In this document: positions 14,304-26,431 of the stretch, piece after piece
How the letters are laid out: the number at the start of each line of letters is the position of its first letter
How positions within the stretch are numbered: position 1 is the stretch's first letter
From: Octopus bimaculoides
Lineage: Eukaryota
Length of the DNA stretch: 51,639 nt
Assembly: GCF_001194135.2 (NCBI RefSeq)
Contig: NC_068982.1
Coordinates: 143,026,666-143,078,304 of the forward strand
Direction of reading: 5' to 3'
Program-made: the position numbers and the translations under genes
Notes under the pieces: generated by a model
Database searches by the model: none
The model's input: only the letters and a program-made list of their open reading frames with translations
What the model was told of the DNA's origin: nothing

Positions 14304-15485
14304 TTNNNNNNNNNNNNNNNNNNNNNNNNNNNNNNNNNNNNNNNNNNNNNNNNNNNNNNNNNNNNNNNNNNNNNNNNNNNNNNNNNNNNNNNNNNNNNNN
14401 NNNNNNNNNNNNNNNNNNNNNNNNNNNNNNNNNNNNNNNNNNNNNNNNNNNNNNNNNNNNNNNNNNNNNNNNNNNNNNNNNNNNNNNNNNNNNNNNNNNN
14501 NNNNNNNNNNNNNNNNNNNNNNNNNNNNNNNNNNNNNNNNNNNNNNNNNNNNNNNNNNNNNNNNNNNNNNNNNNNNNNNNNNNNNNNNNNNNNNNNNNNN
14601 NNNNNNNNNNNNNNNNNNNNNNNNNNNNNNNNNNNNNNNNNNNNNNNNNNNNNNNNNNNNNNNNNNNNNNNNNNNNNNNNNNNNNNNNNNNNNNNNNNNN
14701 NNNNNNNNNNNNNNNNNNNNNNNNNNNNNNNNNNNNNNNNNNNNNNNNNNNNNNNNNNNNNNNNNNNNNNNNNNNNNNNNNNNNNNNNNNNNNNNNNNNN
14801 NNNNNNNNNNNNNNNNNNNNNNNNNNNNNNNNNNNNNNNNNNNNNNNNNNNNNNNNNNNNNNNNNNNNNNNNNNNNNNNNNNNNNNNNNNNNNNNNNNNN
14901 NNNNNNNNNNNNNNNNNNNNNNNNNNNNNNNNNNNNNNNNNNNNNNNNNNNNNNNNNNNNNNNNNNNNNNNNNNNNNNNNNNNNNNNNNNNNNNNNNNNN
15001 NNNNNNNNNNNNNNNNNNNNNNNNNNNNNNNNNNNNNNNNNNNNNNNNNNNNNNNNNNNNNNNNNNNNNNNNNNNNNNNNNNNNNNNNNNNNNNNNNNNN
15101 NNNNNNNNNNNNNNNNNNNNNNTCTAAGAGAAACTGGACCGAGACAAATTATTGGGTATGAGTTGATCTATTTAAGGCGTTAAGGGGGCTCCAAATGGCT
15201 TCAGAATTTTACTCTGTCACGTGACCTTATTAGGGGCCGTGATTGGTCAGTTTGCGTTCTGCGCGAAAGGTTCGAAGAATTTGCCGCTTCAAATAATAAT
15301 CAGTCATGTGATGCCAAGGCTGGTGTTTTCCCCTACGTTCGCGTTTATTTATATTTAAATGAGAAGAATGGCGATAGTAGTTTTGTATCTAATGGCGGGA
15401 GGTAGTTTCACTACATATATATATATATATATATATACGCATACATACATCCATTATCTATCTATCGCTCTATCTATGTGCGTGA

Positions 15486-15572
15486 CGCCTTGCGCAAGTG
15501 TCTTCTACCATAGATTCAGGAGGCTGACCAAAGCCTTGTGAGTGGATTTTCTAGACGGAAACTGAAATACGT
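15486..15572 (+). mobile_element. SINE family C, 3' fragment
   Basis: gcaagtgtcttctaccatag...aaagccttgtgagtggattt..agacggaaactgaaa. Confidence 0.8.
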
Positions 15573-15985
15573 ATGCATGTATGTATGTACCACACGCAGA
15601 CACTTAGCGCTGTATAATTTACAGCTACGGGCTACGATTGCAACTGTAGTGTAAACAATAGTTCTCTTTAGTAGAGCCTATGGAAGGTAGAAACTGTGAA
15701 ATTAAAATCATTAAACTATGCATACTTTATCAAAGATAAAGACACTGTTAATTTCCTACGCATCTGACAGGCTAATGGCCATTTATAGACTGAAACAATA
15801 AATATTCTGTGCAATTTAAATGTTCAACTAACACCGACTAAGGGAATTAGAGACTACATTGCAGCTTATGATATACACACCATTTACGTTGTCAGGCAAT
15901 ATTTACAGTCGCAGGTTGTCAAAACTACTAAATACGCGTTTTATGAATTTCAAGTTGTACATGCCAAATGATCTGTTGCAGAATT

Positions 15986-16017
<32 letters not shown>

Positions 16018-16661
16018 CATATGCCATTTGAAATTTTAGCTGAGGGATTTAGGTGACTGCATTGCGTTTAGGATTTGACTGTGTTTTGAATGCGTTTTTT
16101 TTTTATCTAATTATTACGGAGAGATGNNNNNNNNNNNNNNNNNNNNNNNNNNNNNNNNNNNNNNNNNNNNNNNNNNNNNNNNNNNNNNNNNNNNNNNNNN
16201 NNNNNNNNNNNNNNNNNNNNNNNNNNNNNNNNNNNNNNNNNNNNNNNNNNNNNNNNNNNNNNNNNNNNNNNNNNNNNNNNNNNNNNNNNNNNNNNNNNNN
16301 NNNNNNNNNNNNNNNNNNNNNNNNNNNNNNNNNNNNNNNNNNNNNNNNNNNNNNNNNNNNNNNNNNNNNNNNNNNNNNNNNNNNNNNNNNNNNNNNNNNN
16401 NNNNNNNNNNNNNNNNNNNNNNNNNNNNNNNNNNNNNNNNNNNNNNNNNNNNNNNNNNNNNNNNNNNNNNNNNNNNNNNNNNNNNNNNNNNNNNNNNNNN
16501 NNNNNNNNNNNNNNNNNNNNNNNNNNNNNNNNNNNNNNNNNNNNNNNNNNNNNNNNNNNNNNNNNNNNNNNNNNNNNNNNNNNNNNNNNNNNNNNNNNNN
16601 NNNNNNNNNNNNNNNNNNNNNNNNNNNNNNNNNNNNNNNNNNNNNNNNNTATATATATATA

Positions 16662-17070
16662 CAGGTGTTCGGCAAAATGATGGAAACTCTTTAAAATGTC
16701 AAACAAATCTATTTTAACATGGGGTAGGACCAGCTTTGGCAGTAATTACAGTTTGAATTGTTTCTAAATGAATTTTTGTCCATCCTGCAGCTAAAGCAGT
16801 CTCCAGTTCATGTAGATGGTGGAGGATATCGACTCCTTACTTTATTGTTTTTAAATGTACCATAAATGTTCAATAATATTGAGAACTGGGGACTGTGGTA
16901 GCCAGATACGATGTTCAACTTCATTACAACGTTCCTCGTGTCATTCAGTAACTTTAGCTGTGTGAATTGGTGCATTATCATCCTGAATGACTGCGTTTCC
17001 CTCCGGAATATATTTTTCTATTATTCTACAAACATAAATGTATAAAAATATTTGTGATCAACGGCTGTTA
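16662..17070 (-). mobile_element. Tc1-type DNA transposon remnant (transposase C-terminus and right end)
   Basis: Minus translation gives QDDNAPIHTAKVTE*HEERCNEVEHRIWLPQSPVLNIIEHLW and, after frameshifts, VRSRYPPPST and ELETALAAGWTKIHLETIQTVITAKAGPTPC*. The terminus TA|CAGGTG lies at 16660-16667. Confidence 0.92.
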
Positions 17071-18539
17071 CCAGAGTTTCCCTCAACTAAATTTCATTTG
17101 GCGCTAAAAAACAGACAAACCTTCTTGAAATATGTTAATTTACCAATACAAACAAGTACATCACAATGAAAATCATTTTATTGTTTGTTGTCCTATCATT
17201 TATTTGTTTGTGGTCATATTAGAGCACTGCATTGAACGGTATTGTCAGACCGTTTAACCACAATACTTATTTTTTTAAAGTCTGGTAGTTATTTTTCACT
17301 TCGTCATAACGAACCGTTAATTTACCGAGACGTAAACAAACCCTCACCATTTGTTATACGGTGGGGGAGTGATCAAATACAAACACAAAGATTCGAAAGC
17401 TTACACATGCATACATCCACCGACACATATGTAAGCATATATGTATATATGCATATAAAAATGGGACAAAAACTCAATAGAGGACAATAAAACAACCGGA
17501 CAGATATACGATACAAAGGCGGTCAGGAAAAACAATTAGAGGGCCAGGAAGAAAAACGATGCCCTTGTTTCGTCATATATATATATATATATATATTTTT
17601 TTTTTCTCNNNNNNNNNNNNNNNNNNNNNNNNNNNNNNNNNNNNNNNNNNNNNNNNNNNNNNNNNNNNNNNNNNNNNNNNNNNNNNNNNNNNNNNNNNNN
17701 NNNNNNNNNNNNNNNNNNNNNNNNNNNNNNNNNNNNNNNNNNNNNNNNNNNNNNNNNNNNNNNNNNNNNNNNNNNNNNNNNNNNNNNNNNNNNNNNNNNN
17801 NNNNNNNNNNNNNNNNNNNNNNNNNNNNNNNNNNNNNNNNNNNNNNNNNNNNNNNNNNNNNNNNNNNNNNNNNNNNNNNNNNNNNNNNNNNNNNNNNNNN
17901 NNNNNNNNNNNNNNNNNNNNNNNNNNNNNNNNNNNNNNNNNNNNNNNNNNNNNNNNNNNNNNNNNNNNNNNNNNNNNNNNNNNNNNNNNNNNNNNNNNNN
18001 NNNNNNNNNNNNNNNNNNNNNNNNNNNNNNNNNNNNNNNNNNNNNNNNNNNNNNNNNNNNNNNNNNNNNNNNNNNNNNNNNNNNNNNNNNNNNNNNNNNN
18101 NNNNNNNNNNNNNNNNNNNNNNNNNNNNNNNNNNNNNNNNNNNNNNNNNNNNNNNNNNNNNNNNNNNNNNNNNNNNNNNNNNNNNNNNNNNNNNNNNNNN
18201 NNNNNNNNNNNNNNNNNNNNNNNNNNNNNNNNNNNNNNNNNNNNNNNNNNNNNNNNNNNNNNNNNNNNNNNNNNNNNNNNNNNNNNNNNNNNNNNNNNNN
18301 NNNNNNNNNNNNNNNNNNNNNNNNNNNNNNNNNNNNNNNNNNNNNNNNNNNNNNNNNNNNNNNNNNNNNNNNNNNNNNNNNNNNNNNNNNNNNNNNNNNN
18401 NNNNNNNNNNNNNNNNNNNNNNNNNNNNNNNNNNNNNNNNNNNNNNNNNNNNNNNNNATATATATATATATATATATATATACATACATACGTACGTACA
18501 TACGTACATACATACATGCATACATTCTTCATACGTATA

Positions 18540-18690
18540 CTATGGGCTAGCACACAGTTTTCGTCTACTAAATTTCCTCACATGCTACTGCTCTGCCCAG
18601 TGCTATAGTAGAAGACACTTGCTCAAGGTACCGCGCAATTGCACAGCACCTGAAACCAATGATTGCAAAGTGATCGCCTTAACCACCCTG
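18540..18690 (-). mobile_element. SINE family C, diverged
   Basis: ctatagtagaagacacttgctcaaggtaccgcgc on the plus strand is the reverse of the family C body. Confidence 0.75.
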
Positions 18691-19820
18691 TCAGACTTGT
18701 TTCTACTTAATCATTTGAAACGATACATTTCTAAAAAGAATGTACAGAGAATCTACAGATATATTGTAATTGATACGCGCTTAAAGCCGTGGAGTGAGAA
18801 ACTTTATATTTGCTTGGGTCTACGTTCCACCCTTATTTTTATGAACTTTTACTGTTCATCCTTCCAACACCTATAATTTAAAATGGGTCCTGAATTTGCA
18901 AAACAGTTTGGGGCCTTGTAAAAAGTCACTTGAGTCACTCGACAGTGCACCGACACCTCACCAATGGGGCATGTATGGATGTTGTTATGGAGTAGGACAT
19001 TGATATATGGTGGGGGGGAAATGTAGAGCATACTTGTGTTGACAATGTCTGGGATATGGCAGGAATTCCCTCACCTTACATGCTGTCGTTTCAAGACAGG
19101 AGAAAGTAACCGAAGGAAGCGATAGCCTAGAGTCGAATAGTTTACCAGAAGAATTATGTGCCAGAAAAGTTCGATTATGTTGCTGATTTTAAAGCCGATA
19201 AGATTTCTGAGATCAACGGCTTCTCGAAAGTAGTAGCTGTGGCCACTAAATGGAGAAATATTTGAATTGAAGAAATTCTCCAGGTATTTCGTCAATTTCT
19301 ATCCCTTATCTCTGACATTAACATCAAAACAAATATGCATATTTCAAGTTACATAGGGAAAGTAACATTTCCTTTATCATTTCGTATAAAATGTATGTCT
19401 TAAAATTGTAGAATTTATTGGTATTTAGGTAATAATAAGTTAGTACAATTATCGTTTACCTAAAAGAATTTGAGTGACTGTTATTATTATATTCGTGAAT
19501 ATGTTCTACCACCTAATGATATAGCACACCCCGAGTTTATGGTAGTTCGTTTCAAGTTTTATTGCTATCTACTGAACGAAGTCAAGTGGTCTTTTTGATA
19601 TATCACATGCATAATGAAAACATTTCCCGTGTTATGTGTAGTAAAAATGTTTAGTCTGCACAACGTATTCAATATGATGTAAAACTTGTTACATTTGAAT
19701 GTCTTTTACATAAATAAATATTTATACTGTCACTACGTGTGAATAAATTCTAATGGTTTCTCTCCGTTTGATATATTGGAGTTCAATAACAACGGACCTA
19801 AACTGAATAGTGATGATAAT

Positions 19821-20017
19821 AATAACAACCCTTTCTACTACGAGCAGAAGGCCTGACATTTTGAAGCGAAGAAGTAGTTGATTAAATCGAACCCAGTGCT
19901 CAACTAGTAATTATTTTATCGACCCCGAAACGATAAAAAGTAAAATCTAACTCGGTGGCATTTGAACTCAACGTAAAACCAGGAGAAATGTTGCTAAGCA
20001 TTTCGTACTGCGCGCTA
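19821..20017 (-). mobile_element. SINE family A, diverged
   Basis: tcgaccccgaaacgataaaaagtaaaatctaactcggtggcatttgaactca is the reverse of the family A core. Confidence 0.75.
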
Positions 20018-20069
20018 ACAACAACAACAACAACAACAATAGTAATAATAATAATAACAATAAATAGAT

Positions 20070-21578
20070 CTCTCCTCAGGTGACGAAGTCTTAGGGGAAG
20101 TTAATATGGAGAGAGGAATTTTCCAAGGAGACTCGTTATCCCCTTTAATATTTGTCCTATGTTTGATGCCCCTCAGTTTAATATTAAGGAAGGCAAAGGC
20201 AGGGTATCAGTTCAGAAATAATAAGGGGAAAATTAACAATTTGCTCTATATGGATGACCTGAAGCTTTTTAATAAGAATGAAAAAGTGATAGATTCATCA
20301 ATACTGACTGTAAGACTCTTCAGCAAAGATAGAGGTAAGGAATTTGAGATAGATAAGTGTGCAATATTAGTCAACAGTGGTAGTCAACAGTGAAGGCCTC
20401 CAATTACCAGAGGGCCAGATTAAAATCATCGAAAGAAGGAGAGAGTTAAAGTATCTAGGAGTATTAGAATCTGAAAGAGTACTAACTATAGAAATGAAAA
20501 CGAAAATTGAGTACATGAGACGGGTGAGGAAGTTAATGAAGTCAAAGCTAAATGGTTCGAATCTAGTGAAGGATGTAAATACTTGGACAGTAACATTACT
20601 TAGATACTCAGCCAATTTTGTAATCAGTAGAAGACTGTGTGGAGTTAGCTAAGCTAGATATAGAATCCTATGTAGGTGACAGTGAAGAAAGGTTACTAAA
20701 AGCTGTTAGAATCACAGCAAGACATAGGAAACCAAAACACCAAACAAAGTTAAAAAGCAGAAAAAAGAAATGTTATCTGAGTGGCAGGATAATGCTTTGC
20801 ATGGTAGATTCCCAAAGATAGTTGCAGCAGATAGTACTAGGGAGACATGGTTATGGTTGCAGAATGTAAGCTGAAAAGGGAGACACAAAGTGTGTTAGCA
20901 CCAGCACAGGATCAAGCATTATGGACTAATTAAATAAAAACCAAGACAAATGCCAAGTCGATTCCCAATGCAAGTTATGCAAATCAAAAGAGGAAAGTGT
21001 TACTCATATATTAAGTGAATCTAACAAGTTAATACAGAAAGAATACAAGAAACCTAGTGAGAGTATTCCACTGGTATTTATGTAGAAAGCTAAGATGTAA
21101 ACATACTGATAAATGGTATGAACATGAACCTGGTAAAGTACTGGAAGGTAAGAAATATAAGATGTTGTGGGACCTTAATATTCAGACTGACAGGATAATA
21201 GAAGGTAGAAGGCCTGGTTTGGTAGCAGTAGATAAAGAGAATAGAAAGTGCGAAATAACTGACTTTACAGTCCCAAATGAGAGGTATAGAAAATGGCGAA
21301 TACCGGGACCTAGCCATTAAATTACAGAGAGTATGAAAAGTACGGGTAAAAATGTATCACAGTAGTTGTAAGTGCCTTAGGAATTATCCCCAAAGATTTA
21401 AACGGATGGATAGAGGAAATAGGCATAAAACCCAGTTTAGTACAGCTCCAGAAAACAGTGTTTATTAGGGACAGTTGATATACTTAAGAGCGTGTTTGGC
21501 ATCTAAGGTCACTTGTTGCAGCCCGATTATAGGATTTTTTTTCTTTTCCAACAGTCTAATCTGTTGTGTGTATATGAA
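20070..21578 (+). mobile_element. 5'-truncated, internally deleted R4/Dong-type non-LTR retrotransposon (RT, zinc knuckle, REL endonuclease), decayed
   Basis: RT motifs GIFQGDSLSPLIF, LLYMDDLKLF and KYLGV. Downstream LHGRF, ETQSVLAPAQDQAL, knuckle CKLCKSKEESVTHILSES and REL region LWDLNIQTDRIIEGRRPGLVAVDK. Flanked on both sides by (AAC)n(AAT)n. Confidence 0.92.
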
Positions 21579-21597
21579 TAATAACAACAACAACAAC

Positions 21598-21638
<41 letters not shown>

Positions 21639-22158
21639 TTATCTTCATGCAATATCTGGCAGTTGCCTACACAGCTTCTGCTTATTACTGATTGGAAATG
21701 TTATCGTGAGAAAGATGGGCTGCAACTAATCTTCTGCTCAATACCACAGATTTGCATGTCAGTTGCTTGACCTTAACCGGTTGAGAATGTTATTTAGTGT
21801 CTGATGATATGTAGATCTCTAATCATGAGCAGGATTAGTGGGGAACCATCATATTCATGCGTTGAGAGGAATTGGGGGGTGGGGATAATAAATCGTGGGT
21901 GTTTCGTTCATCATACTTAGCCTCTCCGTTCTTTAGTTGAATTGACAATACGACCTGAAGAAAATTCTATCTGAGCCCCAGCTGCAAGGTTATGTGCTGT
22001 TTATTTTGATACTAGGTCACTATGTCACGTACTTATGATTGTGATGTATGTGCCTGGTGAACCCTTATCAGACGAGTAGACACGATGACTATATTAGGAT
22101 TCGTTCGTATATTTGTCCCTGAGTGTCACTTTGGTGGCAATGTGTTACTTTCGCACTC

Positions 22159-22302
22159 AAGAAGAAAAAGAAGAAGAAGAAGAAGAAGAAGAAGAAGAAG
22201 AAGAAGAAGAAGAAGAAGAAGAAGAAGAAGAAGAAGAAGAAGAAGAAGAAGAAGAAGAAGAAGAAGAAGAAGAAGAAGAAGAAGAAGAAGAAGAAAAAGA
22301 AG
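22159..22302. repeat. (GAA)n microsatellite
   Basis: Read directly; explains the poly-E/K/R/F/L ORFs. Confidence 0.97.
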
Positions 22303-22849
22303 ATCAACAACAACAGCAGCAGCAACAACCACCACCGCCTTTGTATTGTTTGAAACTATGAGACTGATGATTCGAAATAGCAAATGCTTCATAATTGGAC
22401 AGACGAAGACCCAACACCACAAGTTTAATGTAAGAATTTATAAAAGGAATTCTGAAAAGAAAATCGGATCAATATGAGATGTGCATAAAGAGCGATTGCG
22501 CAGGACGGCACTAATTGTTTTGATAAATATGAGATATGACATATTAGATTGATCAAACAAGCGGATCAATGGAAGTAATTGTCCCATGTTAGCATGAACA
22601 GTGCTAAGCCAGAACATATGTGGCTTAAAAGATGAATTAATGCAATATTATACATCCATAATTTATGTTGAATCACGATAGCAATTATAGAAAAACAGAA
22701 AATCTCTATCGTATCTTATAGTCAAAACTGACATCGCAAATTTACGTCACTTGTGAATATTTATTCCTATGCAATATACAAACCAATAATTTCATGCCCG
22801 TCGGGGGTGAGATTAGGAAAATAGTTAGAGCGACGCAGGAGGGTTTACG

Positions 22850-23341
22850 CTATTTGTTCTGAATCTTTACATTCGAAGTTCAAGCCCGGGCAAGGTTAGG
22901 TCAACGTTGTCTTTCGTCCTTTCGACGTCGATAAAAAAAAGTACCAGTACTGGAATAATGGTATCCACAAAGCACCACTTCCGCTCAAAATTACTGATCT
23001 TATGCCTAAATCAGAAACAATAGGTTGAAATCACACTGAGGCCAAATATGTCTTATATCCTTTAGGAGTTGATAATTAAAACACCACTCAACCTCTTCTT
23101 TCAAAATAGCTAGTCTCATGTTTAAATCAGAAACCATGCGTTCAAATCACACCGACTTCTACTTCACCTTCCATTTTTGGGTCTTGTTCCTAAATCAGAA
23201 ACTATAGGTTCCAATGACGCTGGGGCCAACTGTGTCTTCTATTTTTTCAGGGTTGATAAAATAAAGTACCACTTAACTTCTCTCAAAATAGCTGGTCTCA
23301 TGCTTAAGTCAGAAACTATGCGTTCAAAACACTCCGACTTC
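22850..23341 (+). repeat. Degenerate tandem array of short SINE-A-like units
   Basis: Recurring ctaaatcagaaac(c/t)atgcgttcaaa, gttgataa..taaa.tacca and caaaatagctggtctcatg at roughly 90-190 bp spacing. Confidence 0.65.
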
Positions 23342-23428
23342 AGTTCTATATTTAAGAGATGAGGAATTATGTACATTATTTACATTATTTACCTTTGATG
23401 TATATTTGTCCTCATCTTGTGTGTTGTT

Positions 23429-23469
23429 AACACAACGTTTCGGCACATATACCCTCCAGGCTTCATCAG
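23429..23469 (-). ncRNA. Minimal type I hammerhead ribozyme motif, degenerate (helix I strand deleted, helix II damaged)
   Basis: CUGAUGA-A-GCCUG-GAGGGUAUAU-GUGCC-GAAA-CGUU-GUGUU. Confidence 0.7.
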
Positions 23470-23511
23470 GAAATTTCGAACTTAGGTTCTCATTCCTATG
23501 GTATTTTTCGA

Positions 23512-23554
<43 letters not shown>

Positions 23555-23683
23555 GTTGTTGTTCAGGTCACTGCTTGGAATCGAACTCGGTATCTTGAGG
23601 TTAGTAGCCCACGCTCTTCACCACTACGGGTATATGGCCCGGGCTACTGACCCCAAGATTCCGAGTTCGATTCCAGGCAGTGA

Positions 23684-23817
<134 letters not shown>

Positions 23818-23864
23818 TCGAAAGATATCTTAGGAATGAGAACCCAGGTTCGAAATTTCCCCAA

Positions 23865-23909
23865 GACACCTGATGAAGGCTGGATGGTAATCAACCAAAA
23901 CGTTGTGTT
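23865..23909 (+). ncRNA. Minimal type I hammerhead ribozyme motif, degenerate (GAAA to AAAA)
   Basis: GACAC-CUGAUGA-A-GGCUG-GAUGGUAAU-CAACC-AAAA-CGUU-GUGUU; helix I GACAC/GUGUU is intact. Confidence 0.7.
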
Positions 23910-25361
23910 AACAAACAAGATGAGGACAAGTATCCATCAAATGTAAATAATGTTCACTCCGACTTCTACTTCACCTTCCAAAATAAAAGTGCTAACGAAA
24001 CTTTGTGGTCATTATTTTCGACAAAACATCCTCCGTCAAACCTGGTGAATTTGCGCCTAAACAAAAAATCCTGCACTCAAATTTGTCAGGATCAATCTTA
24101 CTTTCACTTATTCAGGTCGATAAAAGGAAGTACAACCAAAGTAACGAGGTCGAGAATAAAAAAAATATCCCTTCTTCCTTATACCACTATCAGGAATACG
24201 TAACTTCATACTGGGAATGAAAAACAAGGTAGTCCATGAGATATGACGTCAGAGAGCTGTGCAGGTGATTCGGTTTCCAACCCAGGTTGAGAATAATTCA
24301 CAAAGAGTTAGGGACCTCTCGCGAGTACTTTTCTTTCTATTTTTTTTTACTTGCTTTTTTGTGTTTTCCAAAACAATAATTACTTGTCTTTATATTCTTA
24401 TTTACAATATTTTGATACGTCAACGCAAACTATGTAATCATTAAATTTCGGAAAAGCTTCGCAAACTTGTACAGTATTATGCGGCGTATTTTGGCAACCA
24501 GGCGAATGTTTACAGCATATTTCAAAACTTTGGACTGAAGTATATGTATACAAACACTTGGACTGACATCTTATAAAAACATCCATCCATTCATTCATAC
24601 ATATATCCATCAATTTATCTATCTCTCCCTCCCTCTGTCTCCTTCTCTCTCCGTCTTTCTCTCTCTCTTTCTATATATATATATATATATATATACTCAC
24701 ATTTATTTATATGTATATGTACATACACACACACCNNNNNNNNNNNNNNNNNNNNNNNNNNNNNNNNNNNNNNNNNNNNNNNNNNNNNNNNNNNNNNNNN
24801 NNNNNNNNNNNNNNNNNNNNNNNNNNNNNNNNNNNNNNNNNNNNNNNNNNNNNNNNNNNNNNNNNNNNNNNNNNNNNNNNNNNNNNNNNNNNNNNNNNNN
24901 NNNNNNNNNNNNNNNNNNNNNNNNNNNNNNNNNNNNNNNNNNNNNNNNNNNNNNNNNNNNNNNNNNNNNNNNNNNNNNNNNNNNNNNNNNNNNNNNNNNN
25001 NNNNNNNNNNNNNTATATATATATATATATATATATAAAATGTATATAATATATATAATATATATACATATATACACACATACACATATATATACATGCT
25101 AGTATATATGCTTGTGTATATATGTACATACATATATGAATGAATATATATGTGTATGTGTGTGTAAGTATGTTTGTATGTAAACACTCATAGAATGTCA
25201 AAGACAATAGAGAAGGAACAACAAAATTTGGCAAAAGGTTTCCATGTCAGATTCGGGGTTTTGCCCTTTTCCCTCACAAACTCTATCAGTTGAAGTCTAT
25301 TGTACAATGTATATTCTGTTTTAACCAGCTAAAGTAATTATTTTGTCAAACTTTCATAATA

Positions 25362-25410
25362 TGTCTAATTTTGATTTTTTTTCTTTTCACTTGCTTTTTT
25401 GTAGGTAAGT
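25362..25410 (+). other. Juxtaposed 3'/5' splice-site motif (ratchet-point-like)
   Basis: ctaat branch-like motif, pyrimidine tract ttttttttcttttcacttgctttttt, then gtag|gtaagt with the junction at 25404/25405. Confidence 0.45.
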
Positions 25411-25464
25411 ACCATTAAAATTTGGACAGCTCTCTTAAAGCATCATGAATTCGTTTTGTAAGTC

Positions 25465-25522
<58 letters not shown>

Positions 25523-25528
25523 TACTAT

Positions 25529-25563
<35 letters not shown>

Positions 25564-25585
25564 TTACTATTACTTCTATTATTGT
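25465..25585. repeat. (ATT)n/(ACT)n microsatellite
   Basis: Read directly; explains the poly-Y ORF. Confidence 0.97.
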
Positions 25586-25735
25586 TGTTGCTGGTTTTCT
25601 TTATATTGTGTTTCTGCTGCTGCTGTTGTTGTTACTGCTGTTACTGTTGCGGTGTACATTATTGTTAGTGCGTTTGATGAAAATCAAAATGGCGTCGTTG
25701 TTGGTGTCATTTATGTGGTATTATTCAGGTAGCTT

Positions 25736-25893
25736 TCGTCTGCCTCTACATTTGAGTTCAAATTCCGCCGAGGTCGACTTTGCTTTTCATCCTTTCGGGG
25801 TCGATAAATTAAGCACCAGTTGCGTACTGGAGTCGATCTAATCGACTAGCTCTCTCTCCAAAAATTTCGGGCCTTGTGCCTAGAATAGAAAAG
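25736..25893 (+). mobile_element. SINE family A, 5'-truncated
   Basis: gagttcaaattccgccgaggtcgactttgc...gccttgtgcctagaatagaaaag. Confidence 0.9.
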
Positions 25894-25909
25894 ATTATTC
25901 AGGTAGCTT

Positions 25910-26341
25910 AAGGCGGCGAGCTGGCAGAAAAGTTAGAACGGTAGGCAAAATACTTAGCGGTATTTCTTCTGTCACTAGGTTCTGAGTTCAAATTCCGCTG
26001 AGGTCGACTTTGCCTTTCATCCTCTCAGAGTCGATTAATTAAGTACCAGTTACGCACTGGGGTCGATGTAATCAACTTAATCCCTTTGTCTGTCCTTGTT
26101 TGTCCCCTCTATGTTTAGCCCCCTTGTGGGCAATAAAGAAATAAGAAACGGTAGCACGCCGGACGAAATACGTAGCGATATTTTGTCTGTCTTTACGTTC
26201 TGAGTTCAAATTCCGCCGAGGTCAACATTGCCTTTCATTACTTCGAGGTCGACAAATTAAGTACTAATTGCGTAGCGGGGTCGATCTAATTGACTGCCCC
26301 TCTCCCCCAAAATTTCGGGCCTTGTGCCTAGAGTAGAAAAG
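25910..26341 (+). mobile_element. Composite SINE family A (same architecture as 11585-12003)
   Basis: Same tail ttgtctgtccttgtttgtcccctc...aaagaaataagaaac joined to tagcacgccgg; bounded by attat(t/a)caggtagctt. Confidence 0.9.
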
Positions 26342-26431
26342 ATTATACAGGTAGCTTATGATGTGTTGCTACTCTTATTTTCGTATTATTTTTTTATTAT
26401 TATTACAATTGGTATTATTATTATTGTTTCC

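Noticed and set aside
24244-24251. CRE palindrome TGACGTCA
   Set aside because: A single 8-mer in 51 kb is compatible with chance.
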